A DNA stretch of 64,000 nt from Octopus vulgaris (GCA_951406725.2 OX597819.1:128526001-128590000); one strand, 5' to 3'. Counted from the stretch's first letter, positions 40,553 through 52,957 are shown. Numbers and translations are program-made. The notes: generated by a model from the sequence alone, not told the origin.

Positions 40553-40864
40553 GGTACTACTTGAGAACAGTGGTCCCGGTGCGCGCATCCGCAGCAGCTA
40601 GTCATGACTAGTCGATCCTAACTTTCTGTTTTTATGTTTTATTTACTTTGTTTAAAAAATTATTTACTTTGTGTTTTTGTGTTTTATTTACTTCGTTTAA
40701 CAAAATTTATTTACTTAAATTTACTTTGTGTAAAAAAATGATTTATTTTGTGTTTTATTTACTTTGCTAGGTAGTCGTTGTAGGATCGACTACTTACGAC
40801 TAGCTAGCGCGGATGCGCGACTTCACGTGTGCGCGCACCGGGACCACTGTTCGCTAGTAGTACC
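40553..40864. mobile_element. CpG-rich foldback/MITE about 180 bp upstream of the candidate MELK promoter
   Basis: GGTACTAC..GAACAGTGGTCCCGGTGCGCGC..CTAGTC..GTCGATCCTA mirrored at the right end; T-rich core of TTTATTTACTTTG repeats. TSD not resolved. Confidence 0.7.
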
Positions 40865-41689
40865 CTTCAGCCAACTAAGATTGTTGTTGTTTTGCTCTAG
40901 ATCTGACAGTACAAACCTGTGACCCAAAACTTTCCAGACACGACTGTTTCTTATATTTTTTCAGACACAGTATATCTAGGACATCTTACATCATATGTCC
41001 TTCCTTCTTTTAAGACGGTTCGCTGTGATTTAAGGTCGATGTAACTGCTCTTTCTAAAGTGATTCGTTATTTGTTTAAATAGATCTATCGTACTTAACGA
41101 TCGGAATCTGGACTACCCGAAACAGTTTAGCTAATAAGAATTTAAGTTGTATAGATGGCATTAACACTGTCCATATACTGGTAATATTATCACTCACTCT
41201 TATTCAACAACTATAATATTGTTTTTTGAAGAAATAAGCAATTTTTCGGAGATATCATACCTATTTCTTTACTACCCACAAGGGGCTAAACACAGAGAGG
41301 ACAAACAAGGACAGAAAAACGGATTAAGTCGATTATATCGACTCCAGTGCGTAACTGGTACTTATCCATTATATTCGTTATAAATTTAAATCCCGAAATT
41401 CCAGAATCAATAATTTAGATAATGTCTTTATTTTTTCTACTCATTACAGGTGTAATTTTCATTCATTAAAATTGGCTCGCTACATTAACTGGTAAAACCC
41501 ACGATCGAGCTGACCTACCTCTTATCTTTTACTTGTTTCAGTCATCACCCTGCTGCCATGCTGAAGCACTGCTTTGGAGTGTTTAGTCGAACAAATCAAC
41601 CCCAATATTTTGCTTATAAGCTTGGAAACACAAACAAACCAGCACTAGTTGTCAAGCGGTGGTGGGGAATAAACACAAACATAAAGTCA

Positions 41690-41949
41690 CACACACACAC
41701 ACGCATACATACATACATACACACATACATACAAGGACGTACATACATACAAACACATTCATACATACATACAAACATACATACAAACATACATACATAC
41801 ATACATACATACATACAAACATACATACAAACATACATACACACATGCATACATACATACAAACATACATACAAACACACATACAAACACACATACAAAC
41901 ATACATACATACATACAAACATACATGCATACATACATACATACATACA

Positions 41950-41983
<34 letters not shown>

Positions 41984-41995
41984 CATACATACATC
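41690..41995. repeat. (TACA)n/(CA)n microsatellite; similar tracts at 51025-51480 and 63905-63992
   Basis: Seen directly; source of the HTYI/MYVC pseudo-ORFs. Confidence 0.97.
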
Positions 41996-42360
41996 CGTTG
42001 GATGTGTAATGTCAGTGTTCATAGTCGACAGAGTGTAAGTACCTTGAGAGAAAAGTTGGACCTAAGAGGCATCAGATGTTGTGTGCAAGAGAGACGATTG
42101 CGCTGGTATGGTCATGTGGCGAGAATGGATGAAGATAGGTGTGTGAAAAAGTGCCACACCCTGGCAGTTGAGGGGACCTGTGGAAGAGGTAGACCCAGGA
42201 AAACCTGGGTCGAGGTGGTGAAGCACGACCTTCGAACACTAGGTCTCACCAAGGAAATGACCAGAGACCGAGACCTATGGAAGTATGCTGTGCGTCAGAA
42301 GACCAGTGAGAACAATCAAAATCAAATCATATATCAGAAAGCAGGGGTTAAGTGACCCAT

Positions 42361-42969
42361 CTGTTCGTGTCCACTGTCAGCCTCGTCTGGCACCCGTGTC
42401 GGTGATACGTAAAAGCACCATTCGCTCGTGGCCGTTTGCCAGCTCTGTCTGGCCCCCGTGTCGGTGGCACGTAAAAGCACCATCCGTTCGTGTTCGTTGC
42501 CAGCCTCGCCTGGCCCCGTGCCGGTGACACGTAAAAGCACCGTCCGTTCGTGGCCGTTTGCCAGCTCCGTCTGGCCCCGTGTCGGTGGCACATAAAAGCA
42601 CCGTCCGTTCGTGTCCGTTGCCAGCCTCGGCTGGCCCCCGTGCCGGTGACACGTAAAAGCACCGTCCGTTCGTGGCCGTTTGCCAGCTCTGTCTGGCCCC
42701 GTGTCCGTGGCACGTAAAAGCACCATCCGTTCGTGTTCGTTGCCAGCCTCGGCTGGCCCCCGTGCAGGTGACACGTAAAAGCACCGTCCGTTCGTGGCCG
42801 TTTGCCAGCTCTGTCTGGCCCCGTGTCCGTGGCACGTAAAAGCACCATCCGTTCGTGTCCGTTGCCAGCATTGCCTGGCCCCGTGCCGGTGACACGTAAA
42901 AACACCATCCGTTCGTGGCCGTTCGCCAGCTCTGTCTGGCACCTGTGCAGGTGGCACGTAAAAAACACC
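42361..42969 (+). repeat. Ten ~60-61-bp tandem modules with alternating A/B variants at the 5' side of a SINE B copy
   Basis: Units end in CACGTAAAAGCACC; variants alternate between GCCAGCTCTGTCTGGC and GCCAGCCTCG(C/G)CTGGC. Confidence 0.92.
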
Positions 42970-43682
42970 CACTACACTCGCAGAGTGGTTGGCGTTAGGA
43001 AGGGCATCCAGCCGTAGAAACACTGCCAAATCTGACTGGGCCTGATGAAGCCTTCCGGCTTCACAGACCCCAGTTAAACCGTCCAACCCATGCTAGCATG
43101 GAAAACGGACGCTAAATGATGATGATGATGATGATGATGATACATACATACATTCATACATACATACAAACATACATGCATACATACAAACATACATTCA
43201 TAAAAACACACATACAAACATACATTCATACATACATATACGACAGGCTTTTTTCAGTTTCCACCAAGTAAATCTCCTTACAAGATTTGGGTCGAGCCAG
43301 ATCAAAAGTAGGAGACCAAGAGGCCCCGCAGTGGGACTGAATCCAGAACCATGTGTTTGTGAAGCGACATTCTTACCACACAACCACACCTGTGCTTATG
43401 ACCAAAGATATTTTAGTCAGGTTCACTACAGCCTTTTAGAAGGAATTGTCTTGTTCTTACATACAACGGTAGTTCTAATCTGAGGATAACTGAATAGCTA
43501 TTTTGAGCAAGTTGAATGACCATACAAAGACCCCTTCGGTCATGTGACCGGAAATTCATGGTACCTTGGGCAAGTGTCTGCTGCTATAATGTCAGTTTAA
43601 CCATATGCTTATGAGTAAAATTTTATTGGCGCAAACAATGTGGAGGATTGTAGACAATGTGTTTACTCTTTTTTTTTTTTTT

Positions 43683-44060
43683 TTTACTTGTTTCAGTCAT
43701 TTGACTGTAGCCATGCTGGAGCACCGCCTCGACCCTGGGACTTATTCTTTTGTAAGCCCAGTACTTATTCTATCGGTCTCTTTTGCCAAACCGCTAAGTA
43801 ACGGGGACATAAACACACCAGCATCGGTTGTCAAGCAATGCTAGGGGGACAAACACACTCACACAAACACACACACGCATACACATATATATACATATAT
43901 ACGATGGGCTTCTTTCAGTTTCCGTCTACCAAATCCACTCTCAAGGCATTGGTCGGCCCGAGGCTACAGTAGAAGACACTTGCCCAAGGTGCCACGCAGT
44001 GGGACTGAACCCAGAACCATGTGGTTGGTAAACAAGCTACTTACCACACAGCCACTCCTG
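43683..44060 (-). mobile_element. tRNA-derived CORE-like SINE family C with internal (TG/TA) microsatellite (representative). Also at 8390-8790(+), 22500-23115, 25345-25990, 27205-27580, 41525-43390, 58555-58830(+)
   Basis: Minus strand: A-box TGGCTGTGTGG, B-box GGTTCAGTCCC, ACCTTGGGCAAGT core motif, tail AAACAAGTAAAA. Confidence 0.85.
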
Positions 44061-44217
44061 TGCAAGTATTGAATGCAAATATTACGTAATATTACTTATA
44101 ACCTCAAAATCTGCTAACCTGTGCAGTCAATCAACCAAGAAACTGCAAGTCAGCTGTTTAAACCTCTGTGCATCAACTAAATAAACACGCGTATATACAG
44201 GCGCACGCACATACACA

Positions 44218-44362
44218 TATGAGGTGGTATCAAAAGGTTCTCGGACTAGTTACGTTCAATAAAAAAATTACTTATTTACCTAAGTTTTAACATCATCCAC
44301 TTCGAAATAGTCACTTTGCGCAGCAATACACCGGTCCCAGCATTGCTGCCACTTTTGGAATT
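44218..44362. mobile_element. Mariner-derived terminal fragment
   Basis: TA followed by TGAGGTGGTATCAAAAGGTTCTCGGACT, a mariner-like end; only one end visible. Confidence 0.45.
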
Positions 44363-46292
44363 CAGCTCAGAATACAATACAGAGCATAGAATGAGTCTCT
44401 AAGGATATTTTAGACAAAATAGAGATGAATTTACCAGTTCATAGTAAGGTTACACAATAGTAATAGTTCTGTAACAGGATGTTGGGATTACAAGGCAGAA
44501 TGCCGGTTGAATACATATCGTGTAGTGGTTGAGGCTTCAATACTGTGCCAGGTCTTGATACAAGAATTCTTGCAGGTAGTGCTGTGCTGTTAACCTTGGT
44601 GAAAATCACAGCAGTGAGAAAGCTAAACCTGAGCGAGTGCTGTGTATGTATTGGTGTCCTTGGAGATGACATGAAGTTGAAGGACAATGATGGTGATGGT
44701 GATGGCAAAGAAAGGTGTCGTCGAGATGAAGGCGTTGCTGGTGTATGTTAGCGTCGTCGTTGGCTGGAACAGGAACATAGCTGGCTGGTCTGGTCGTCTG
44801 TCACTGGAACTGGAACTAGCTGAGTCGCTCTGTGGTCAGAGGTTAGTCCTGAGAAGGTCTAGAACCCAAGACGAAAAATAATGATTTGCTGGCGCCTTTT
44901 ATTAACCTGAGGTGGGCTCCAGTGAAACTCCAAAAAGACTGTGTCATGGGACCTTATCCGAAGGCCGTGATTGGTTGGCTTACACACTGGTGCGAAATAA
45001 GTCAAGAGACAAACTGTGCCAATGCCAACCAATCAGAACAGTAGACACAACCGGGTCAAAATAGCCGAAGATGGTTGTTATCTAACACGAGATCATTTCT
45101 AATATATCTCTCAAACTGAGGATATCACCTAGCTACGCTACAAGTGTAAGTGCTAGTTCCATCCCAGTTATGGGTCTGTAACGAAGCTTCTGCCAAAATT
45201 CAAAACCACCTAGCTCAGAATTCTAGCTTAGTTTCTAAATGAGACATAAACACCTAAGTGAACATAACTCGGCCAGTCAGATCGACTGGTGTAACCAAAT
45301 GAGCTGGACTCTTCCCGACAAATTTCCTGATCGACTGGTGTCATAAAAAAGTTGGTCAACTGAACCTCAATTAGAGCCATCTAGATTAAACGCAGTGATG
45401 TCTCCTCTCACCCTCTTCTGCGTTTACTTACCCGAGGTGCTGCTCGAAGCTATGCCAGTCGATTTTGTGATAAGACATTCTCATTCTATCAAAAAGCACC
45501 ATCCGAACGTGGCTGATGCCAGCGCCGCCTTGACTGGCTTCCGTGCTGGTGGCACGTATAAAGCACCAACCGATCGTGGCCGTTGCCAGCCTTGCTTGGC
45601 ACCTGTGCCGGTGGCACGTAAAAAGCACCCACTACACTCACGGAGTGGTTGGCGTTAGGAAGGGCATCCAGCTGTAGAAACACTGCCAGATCAGACTGGA
45701 GCCTGGTGCAGCCTCCTGGCTTTCCAGACCCCGGTCGAACCGTCCAACCCATGCTAGCATGGAAAACGGACGTTAAACGATGATGATGATGATGAATCAT
45801 AAACTGTATAAGACGGCGAGTTGGCAGAATCATTAGCACGCCGGGTAAAATGCTTGGCGGCATTTCATCCGTCTTTACGTTCTGAGTTCAAATTCCACCG
45901 AGGTCGACTTTGCCTTTTATGCTTTCGATGTCGACAAAATAAGTCCCAGTCGAGTACTGGAGTTGATGTAAACCACTTACGCTTTCCCCAAGTTTGCTAG
46001 CCTTGTGCCATAATTTGAAACCAAAAATTAGGAACTGTATTCGTATTACTATTTAGCATATTATGTTGTGAAAACCTGTGCTTATTCCATTCGATGTCTT
46101 TTGAATGCTGCTCTTATACACTTGTATATGTGTATAAGCAAATGTTCCAGGTTAATAAAGATGCATGATAAAGAATACAATATCAATACAGTCGTTATGA
46201 AAAATAACACGCAATCCACCAAACGTTATTTATTAATGACTATTTCACAACCTTAATATCACATTAAAGGTCAAATATCCATATCTGATTAG

Positions 46293-46329
<37 letters not shown>

Positions 46330-46549
46330 TGGCACATGTATTATCTAATCAAAAGTAAATTACGCTGCAACCTTAACATCAATTCCCTGTGCTTTTCAGT
46401 TCGAGCTACGCAGATGGATTTCGGCCAGTTGTCCATAAAGGGTGTTGGAAGTTAGAATCGGCAGAGTGACGGACATAACCCATGTCATTAAGTAATAAGC
46501 TCAAATATCGCAAATATTGACTTTTTCCGTTCCTCTTGACACAATGATG

Positions 46550-47204
46550 GGATCTTTTCGGTTTGAACGGCAGTTTTTTCTAGCGGTGTCGTATGAAATT
46601 GTCACCCATAATTATGACCCTAGTATCGATCTATTGCATTTTAATCTGTTTTAGGGTTAGGGGTGGGGGGGAAGGGTATCTTTTTTTCTTCACAAATGTA
46701 AATAAACCCAATCTGTTTTTTAAACGAGGGACATATTCATACAGCAGAGAATGTTTTCACCTCAATAGACGTCATTGATTGATTGAAATTGCAGAAATTG
46801 AAGAAAAAAAACAACAAATAGCTTACAAACTATAGAATTTTCTCAATAAAGCCAAGAGAAAAAGATGTTTTATAAACACATTCTACCAGTATACGAAGTT
46901 TAAAAGTCAGTCAGAAAACAACACAGCTCCCATGACTTTCGGAAACATTTTTTCACGCTCAGAGTTGCTGAAGCATGGAATAAACTGCCTGCGTCAGTTG
47001 TTGATTGCCATGACACTGCATCCTTTAAGGCCCTCATGCTTTCCGAAATCCGCCGAAACTACACCTGATTATATATACACTTTAGATGAGTTGTAGTGCA
47101 CCTGAGCACTGTACACAATGTTTTTATTATTATTATTATTATTTAAAAGTGTTTAGTTACGTGGAAATTATTTTAAAAACCTGCCGGTCAAACCGAAAAG
47201 ATCC
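46550..47204. mobile_element. MITE with GGATCTTTTCGGTTTGA TIRs and 8-9-bp TSD (Merlin/Mutator-like); copies at 11988-12408 and 50279-50557
   Basis: TSD CAATGATG here, TTCATGTC for the 50279 copy, and TACAAG(A/C)GG for the 11988 copy. This copy carries a nested LINE 3' end. Confidence 0.88.
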
Positions 47205-47361
47205 CAATGATGGATACCACTCAACGCTGAAATCGAGTTGACTCGCTTCCTAAATAAGATTAAACACATTCACGCCACAGAACAGAAGTTTTAACATTTC
47301 TAATTTGCCAGTGGAAGTTATTTCCCTTGGTTGCTGTGAAATCTGTGAAACAAGAAGTTTC

Positions 47362-48908
47362 GGTTAATATAGGGCGTTACGATTATCAGAAAATAAAAAA
47401 AAAAATGTGTGTAATAGGTGTAAAACAACTTCCTATGAACGAATATGAAAAAAAAAATTCGCGCACGCGAAAGGGGGTGGGGAGAGGCCTCGGAAAATTC
47501 ACATCGGGAAGTTCCGAAAGCGTCTGAGGAGCTGACCCGGGCACCAAAACAAAAAAAAAATAGTGTAATATGTGTAAAACAACTTGCTCTAAACGAATAT
47601 GACAAAAAAAAAATGTGAATCAAAATACGTGTCAGAAACATCTTGAAATACTACAGAAATTATGTTACGAAAATGATAATGTATACATACCTCTTTGAGT
47701 GGTCCATCGATAATGATGATAAAGAAATGAGTTGGATTTGAACTCAAAATATTGACTAACACAACTACATACTACAAGACTCAAAATATTCAGCCAAGTC
47801 ACCACCCTTTAACTAGCAATAATAATAACATCAATAACATAACAGCCAAAAGATTTATTTGTTCTGAAAATAACAATCATAGTAAATAAATATGTTCTTT
47901 AATATTCACATTCATGTGCACAGTTAAACACACTTACATACAAACAGTCACGCATGCATAATACAGAACGGAACACATAAATGAAGGATGCATTACTTAG
48001 TATATATTACATCTAGAGAATTTTGATTAATAAGTCAAATATGCAAATTATAAAGATAATTAATTGCTTTACTAAACAGTGTTGTAAAGGTGAAAAAATA
48101 AATTTGGGAAAAAAATACACGCCAAAACTAATTAATAAAGGATAATTAGGGAAGGATTGACGCAAAATAATAATTTTTTCTGTCTCTTTTTTTCTGATAA
48201 ATGCATCTTAATAAGTGGGAAGAATTGCATATATCTGAACTATTTCAAAGAAAAGCATAAATTTAATGTTTAAAATAGCTTTAACCAAGGAATGAGATCC
48301 AACATTTCTTCACTTTTTCCAGAATTTCTTCTCTTTATTTTTTTTTTTTTTGCGAAATACGGAGTTTATGATTCATGTGTGAGTGTGTGTTCTTGATACT
48401 CGTTTAGAACAAGTAGTTTTACACCAATTACACTATTTTTTCTTAGTTTAAAGGCCGTGGACTGAAGATGTGAAATTTCCGAAGCCTCTCCCCCACCCCC
48501 TTTCGCGAGCGCGCATTTTTTTCATGATAGTCGTTTAGAGCAAGTTGTTTTACACCTATTACGCTGTTTTTGTTTTTGTGCCCGGTTCAGACGCGTTCGG
48601 AAATTCCCGATATAAATTTTCCGAGGCCTCTCCCCCACCCCTCTTTCGCGAGAGCGCATTTTTTTTTTGTCATATTCGTTTAGAGCAAGTTGTTTTACAC
48701 ATATTACACTATTTTTTTTTTGTTTTGGTGCCCGGGTCAGCTCCTCAGACGCTTTCGGAACTTCCCGATGTGAATTTTCCGAGGCCTCTCCTCCACCCCC
48801 TTTCGCGTGCGCGAATTTTTTTTTCATATTCGTTCATAGGAAGTTGTTTTACACCAATTACACACATTTTTTTTGATTTTCTGATAATCGTAACGCCCTA
48901 TATTAACC
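47362..48908. mobile_element. 1.55-kb non-autonomous DNA transposon, Merlin-like, with ~250-bp TIRs
   Basis: Termini GGTTAATATAGGGCGTTACG...CGTAACGCCCTATATTAACC; exact 8-bp TSD GAAGTTTC (47354-47361 and 48909-48916); subterminal 130-155-bp tandem subrepeats at 48400-48850; no transposase ORF. Confidence 0.85.
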
Positions 48909-51679
48909 GAAGTTTCAATGCACCCACCTTCAAACTACATCTCTTTATTTAGGAGAAAACTGTTCGATGCTGCGATGTTTATTGCTCCCCAAAGATATTA
49001 GTGACGTAAGCAAAATGAACAGTCGTTAAACCGGGAATCGATTTTCCAAGAGATTACTACTCTATATTTGGCGCTGTTTACCTCATTAGGGCAATCTTTC
49101 CTTCAATTCGCAGGAACGACTACATATGCTCAGCCGCCACTTGCACTGAACATTTCTCCACTTCAGTTTTCGATGATATTGATTGCACATATTTGCTATT
49201 AACGCCGAGATTTTCGCCCGCGATCGGCTTAATGAGAGCTTGAGGCCGCCGTTTGCAATGCACTTTGTGACAGCTTCTTGGGTGTGCTTAAATTGCCAAT
49301 GCCTTAGATTTGGGTTGCCGAGAGGTTAAACCACCACCAACACCACAACATCTGTCCACAGATCAAGCAAACGAGGGAACTTCAGCGTTGTTACTAGGAT
49401 TTCTAGAAACAGCAGCCAAGTCTCTCCGATGCCTCACCCATTCATCTTAAAAAGAGAAGGTTACATTGGATACACAAAGCATCTTTTTTTTCTATTTTCA
49501 TTTGTAATTTGATGAGAGGAAGAAGAGAAGCAGCAATGACCTTTGCAAGGGTATCACAAACTGAGGGGAGAAGGCGAAAGTGAGCGTAGCTGATGGGGTA
49601 CTACAGTCGGAATCAACGTTTCAAGCTCCCGACTTATCATCAGCCCTGAGACATATTCTGAGGGCTTGCAGTGGAGTGCACTCAGTTAAATGTATTCAAC
49701 TAGTCGCAGGCATGGCTTTGGGGTCAATAACTTCGCCTTGCTGCTACACGGCTTCCAGATCGATCCTTCTACATCGCTACTTGGGCAAATGCCTTAGACC
49801 ATGGCCTTGAGTCAACGATTGCATTGTGACTGAAATTTGGTACGTAAGCACTGTACGGAAGCCCATTGGAGAGTCTGTTTCCGTTTTGTTTAATAGACTT
49901 GCTTTGTGCCTCAGCTAAGCCTACATGGAACTTGGTTCTCAAAAGCCGAATCCACTCAGTTCGAAGTATTCGGGACAGATCTCCCTTCCCACCAGCAGTC
50001 ATGGAGACTCTGAAATGGGTTTTAGACGCTGTCCCTCCTCTGGCTTAGCCAGGAAAAAAACACATTCAAGCGATATTGTTTAACTGGGCGACAGATTAAA
50101 TGTACTATCCAAAGAAAAGTACAGTCCATTTCAAGAAAAGAAGCCGTAGCATTAATGCCTTGACTTAAGCTATATGCCTAAAATAAATGCGCGATCAACG
50201 CAGGGGAAAATGTTAATATTTCCTGTTAGTATAAATCATTGCATTTACACTCATGTATGACACTGCGATATTCATGTCGGATCTTTTCGCTTTGACCGGC
50301 AGATTTTAAAAATAATTTTTTGTAACTAAACACTTCGTATACTGGTAGAATGTGTTACATAAAACATCTTTTTCTCTTGGTTTTCTTGAGAAAATTCTGT
50401 AGTTTTTAAGCTATCTGTTCTTTAAAAATCTGCCGGTCAAAGCGAAAAGATCTGAAAAAGATGTTTTATAAACACATTCTACCAGTATACGAAGTTTAAA
50501 AGCGTTTAGTTACAAAGAAATTATTTTAAAAATCTACCGGTCAAAGCGAAAAGGTCCTTCATGTCTTTACTGGAGTTAAGTTGGTATGGAAATTGAAAAG
50601 AAAACAGCTCGTGACATTGGACGATCAAGTTGGCACCAGTGGTAATAAAGGTAAAAATATCATACGTACACACGTGCATACGTACGTATGTATGTACTTG
50701 AGTATAAGTGCATAAGTATGTACGAAAAATAGAACGAAAAGAAAAATAGTTTTCTGTACACGAGTATATGTTCTTAATCAGAAGATAATTACAAAAGTGA
50801 TGGAGGGTTAAGAGTTTCAAGCATAGCTGTTATGCATTTTTATATAAACATCCAACATTAAATGAAGGATCGATCAATACATCTAAGTAGAGTACATTTA
50901 TTTTTACAAAGAAAAGATTGATAGTAACTTTGAAGTTTTGCCTTTGTTGGCTCCGAGTCAGTCTGTCGAAGTCTATGAAAGTGAAATTTCTAAGTTACTG
51001 TCAAACTGTTCACCTGCATTCTCACGCACATACATACATACATAGACACACACACATACATACACACACACATATACATACATGCATACATACATACATA
51101 CATACATACATACATACATAGATACATACATACATTCATACATACATACATGCATACATACATACATACATACACACGCACATACATACATTCATACATA
51201 CATGCATACATACATACATTCATACATGCATACATACATTCATACATACATACATACACACACACATACATACACACGCACATACATACACACACACATA
51301 CATACATACACACGCACATACATACATACATACATACACATACTTACATACACACACACACACACATACATATATACGTACGTACATACATGCATGCATA
51401 CATATATACATACATACACACATACATGCATACGTACGTACATACATGCATACATATATACATACATACATACATACACGAGGGTTTATGTATGTGTGTG
51501 CGTGTGTGGAGTGAGAGAGAGAGAGAGAGATGGTACCCATTCCCCGGTAATTATACCTGATATCTACCTCTAAGTGGCGCCCTGAGTAAAGCCAGTAAAA
51601 TAAAAAAAATGAATACCAATTACTTTTTCTTTCCAAATGTCTCATATTTCAAGATTTCCAGAGAAGAGAACTGAAAGTT

Positions 51680-52270
51680 TTCAACATTAATGGTTATTTT
51701 TAATTTTTACATGAGTAAAAATAAATATTAAATAAATATTAAAGACGGGATGGCGACGGCTGGAACGTCTTTTATTATAGATCTGTTATTTCGAGGTTGA
51801 CAAAGTTCTTATTAAACCCCAGCAATGTTTCAAGTAAAAAGCATTTGAAAATTGTCTGCTTCTGAAAGTAAATTTTGCTTTCAAAATTTCAACATTTATG
51901 GTTATTTTTAATAAAAGTGAATATTAAAGACGGGATGGTTACGGCTGGAACGTCTCTGATCATAGATCTATTATTTCGGGGTCGACAAAGTTCTTATTAA
52001 ACCCCAGCAATGTTTTAAGTAAAAAGCATTTGAACATTGTCTGCTTCTGAAAGTAAATTTTGCATTCAAAATTTAAACATTTATGGTTATTTTTAATAAA
52101 AGTGAATATTAAAGACGGGATGGTAACGGCTGGAACGTCTCTGATCACAGATCTCTTATTTCGGGGTTGACAAAGTTCTTATTAAACCCCAGCAACGTTT
52201 TAAGTAAAAAAAACATTTCAAAAGCTGTCTGCTCCCCAAAGCAAAAAAAATCCTGCTTTCAAAAATCGCA
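51680..52270. repeat. ~185-bp tandem repeat, about 3 copies
   Basis: AATATTAAAGACGGGATGG recurs at about 51736, 51921 and 52105. Confidence 0.9.
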
Positions 52271-52280
52271 ACGTGCCTGA

Positions 52281-52336
52281 TGCATTGTGGGTAAATGACA
52301 TTGACGATATGTCGCAAGATGGCGTCCGACAATGAG
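52281..52336 (+). promoter_or_regulatory. Probable promoter and first coding exon (MASDNE) of an unidentified divergent gene
   Basis: TGCATTGTGGGTA at 52281-52293 is the reverse complement of TACCCACAATGCA (Staf/ZNF143 motif). CAAGATGGCG (YY1 motif) overlaps the ATG at 52319. Donor GAG|gtaatg at 52337. No downstream exon was identified. Confidence 0.45.
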
Positions 52337-52900
52337 GTAATGTGCTTCGCCTTCATATTTTATCCTTTTACACCTTTATATACTCGTCCAGGTATTTCCC
52401 GATCGACTTTTTTTACATTTAACGACATTTTTATTTCTAAATCTGCAGTGATTGTCACATTAAACAACACATAAATCCCATTTTATCGTCCTTTGCTGTC
52501 AATCTCTCTCATAACGCTGCTTCTTTCCAAGAAGCTCTCAATGTTTTCCTTTCCAATATTTTCTCCTTTCTCTTTCGAAAACGCTTTTTTTAATACGTAA
52601 TCTTAATCCACAAAGAAGCTTAACGAAACCTTTCAACACCAATAACAACATCTACCTATGTTTGTATTTATTTAGCCGTGTAAATCAATCTTAAAATCCA
52701 TATATGGCCTTCCCTATTTGCAAATCAGATTTATTTTATTTTCGGTTGGTTTTTACCAAAACATCTCCCTTCAAATTTATATTTATTCTCATTTATTTCC
52801 AGTACATCATGTTGAATCTCTTTTATTTATATATTTTAAAAAAAAAAACTGATTAAACACCCGTGTTTTATAAACGATTCCTTAATTACTCCAAGATCTC

Positions 52901-52957
<57 letters not shown>

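Noticed and set aside
41558-42355. 265-aa ORF and other HTYI/MYVC/YIYI ORFs (also 50918-51645, 53256-53537, 58192-59195)
   Set aside because: Translations of microsatellites; the C-terminal part of this one is an RTE LINE fragment.
42361-42969. CRISPR-like regularly spaced repeats
   Set aside because: The whole ~60-bp unit is repeated with no unique spacers, there are no cas genes, the context is eukaryotic, and the array is part of a SINE.
44470-44984. Possible solo LTR (TGTAA...TTACA ends, CCAAT and TATA-like motifs on the minus strand)
   Set aside because: No TSD, second LTR or internal domain found; too weak to call.
49600-49650. Minus-strand CUGAUGA...GAAAC hammerhead-like string
   Set aside because: Stem II is out of register and no stem I can be formed.
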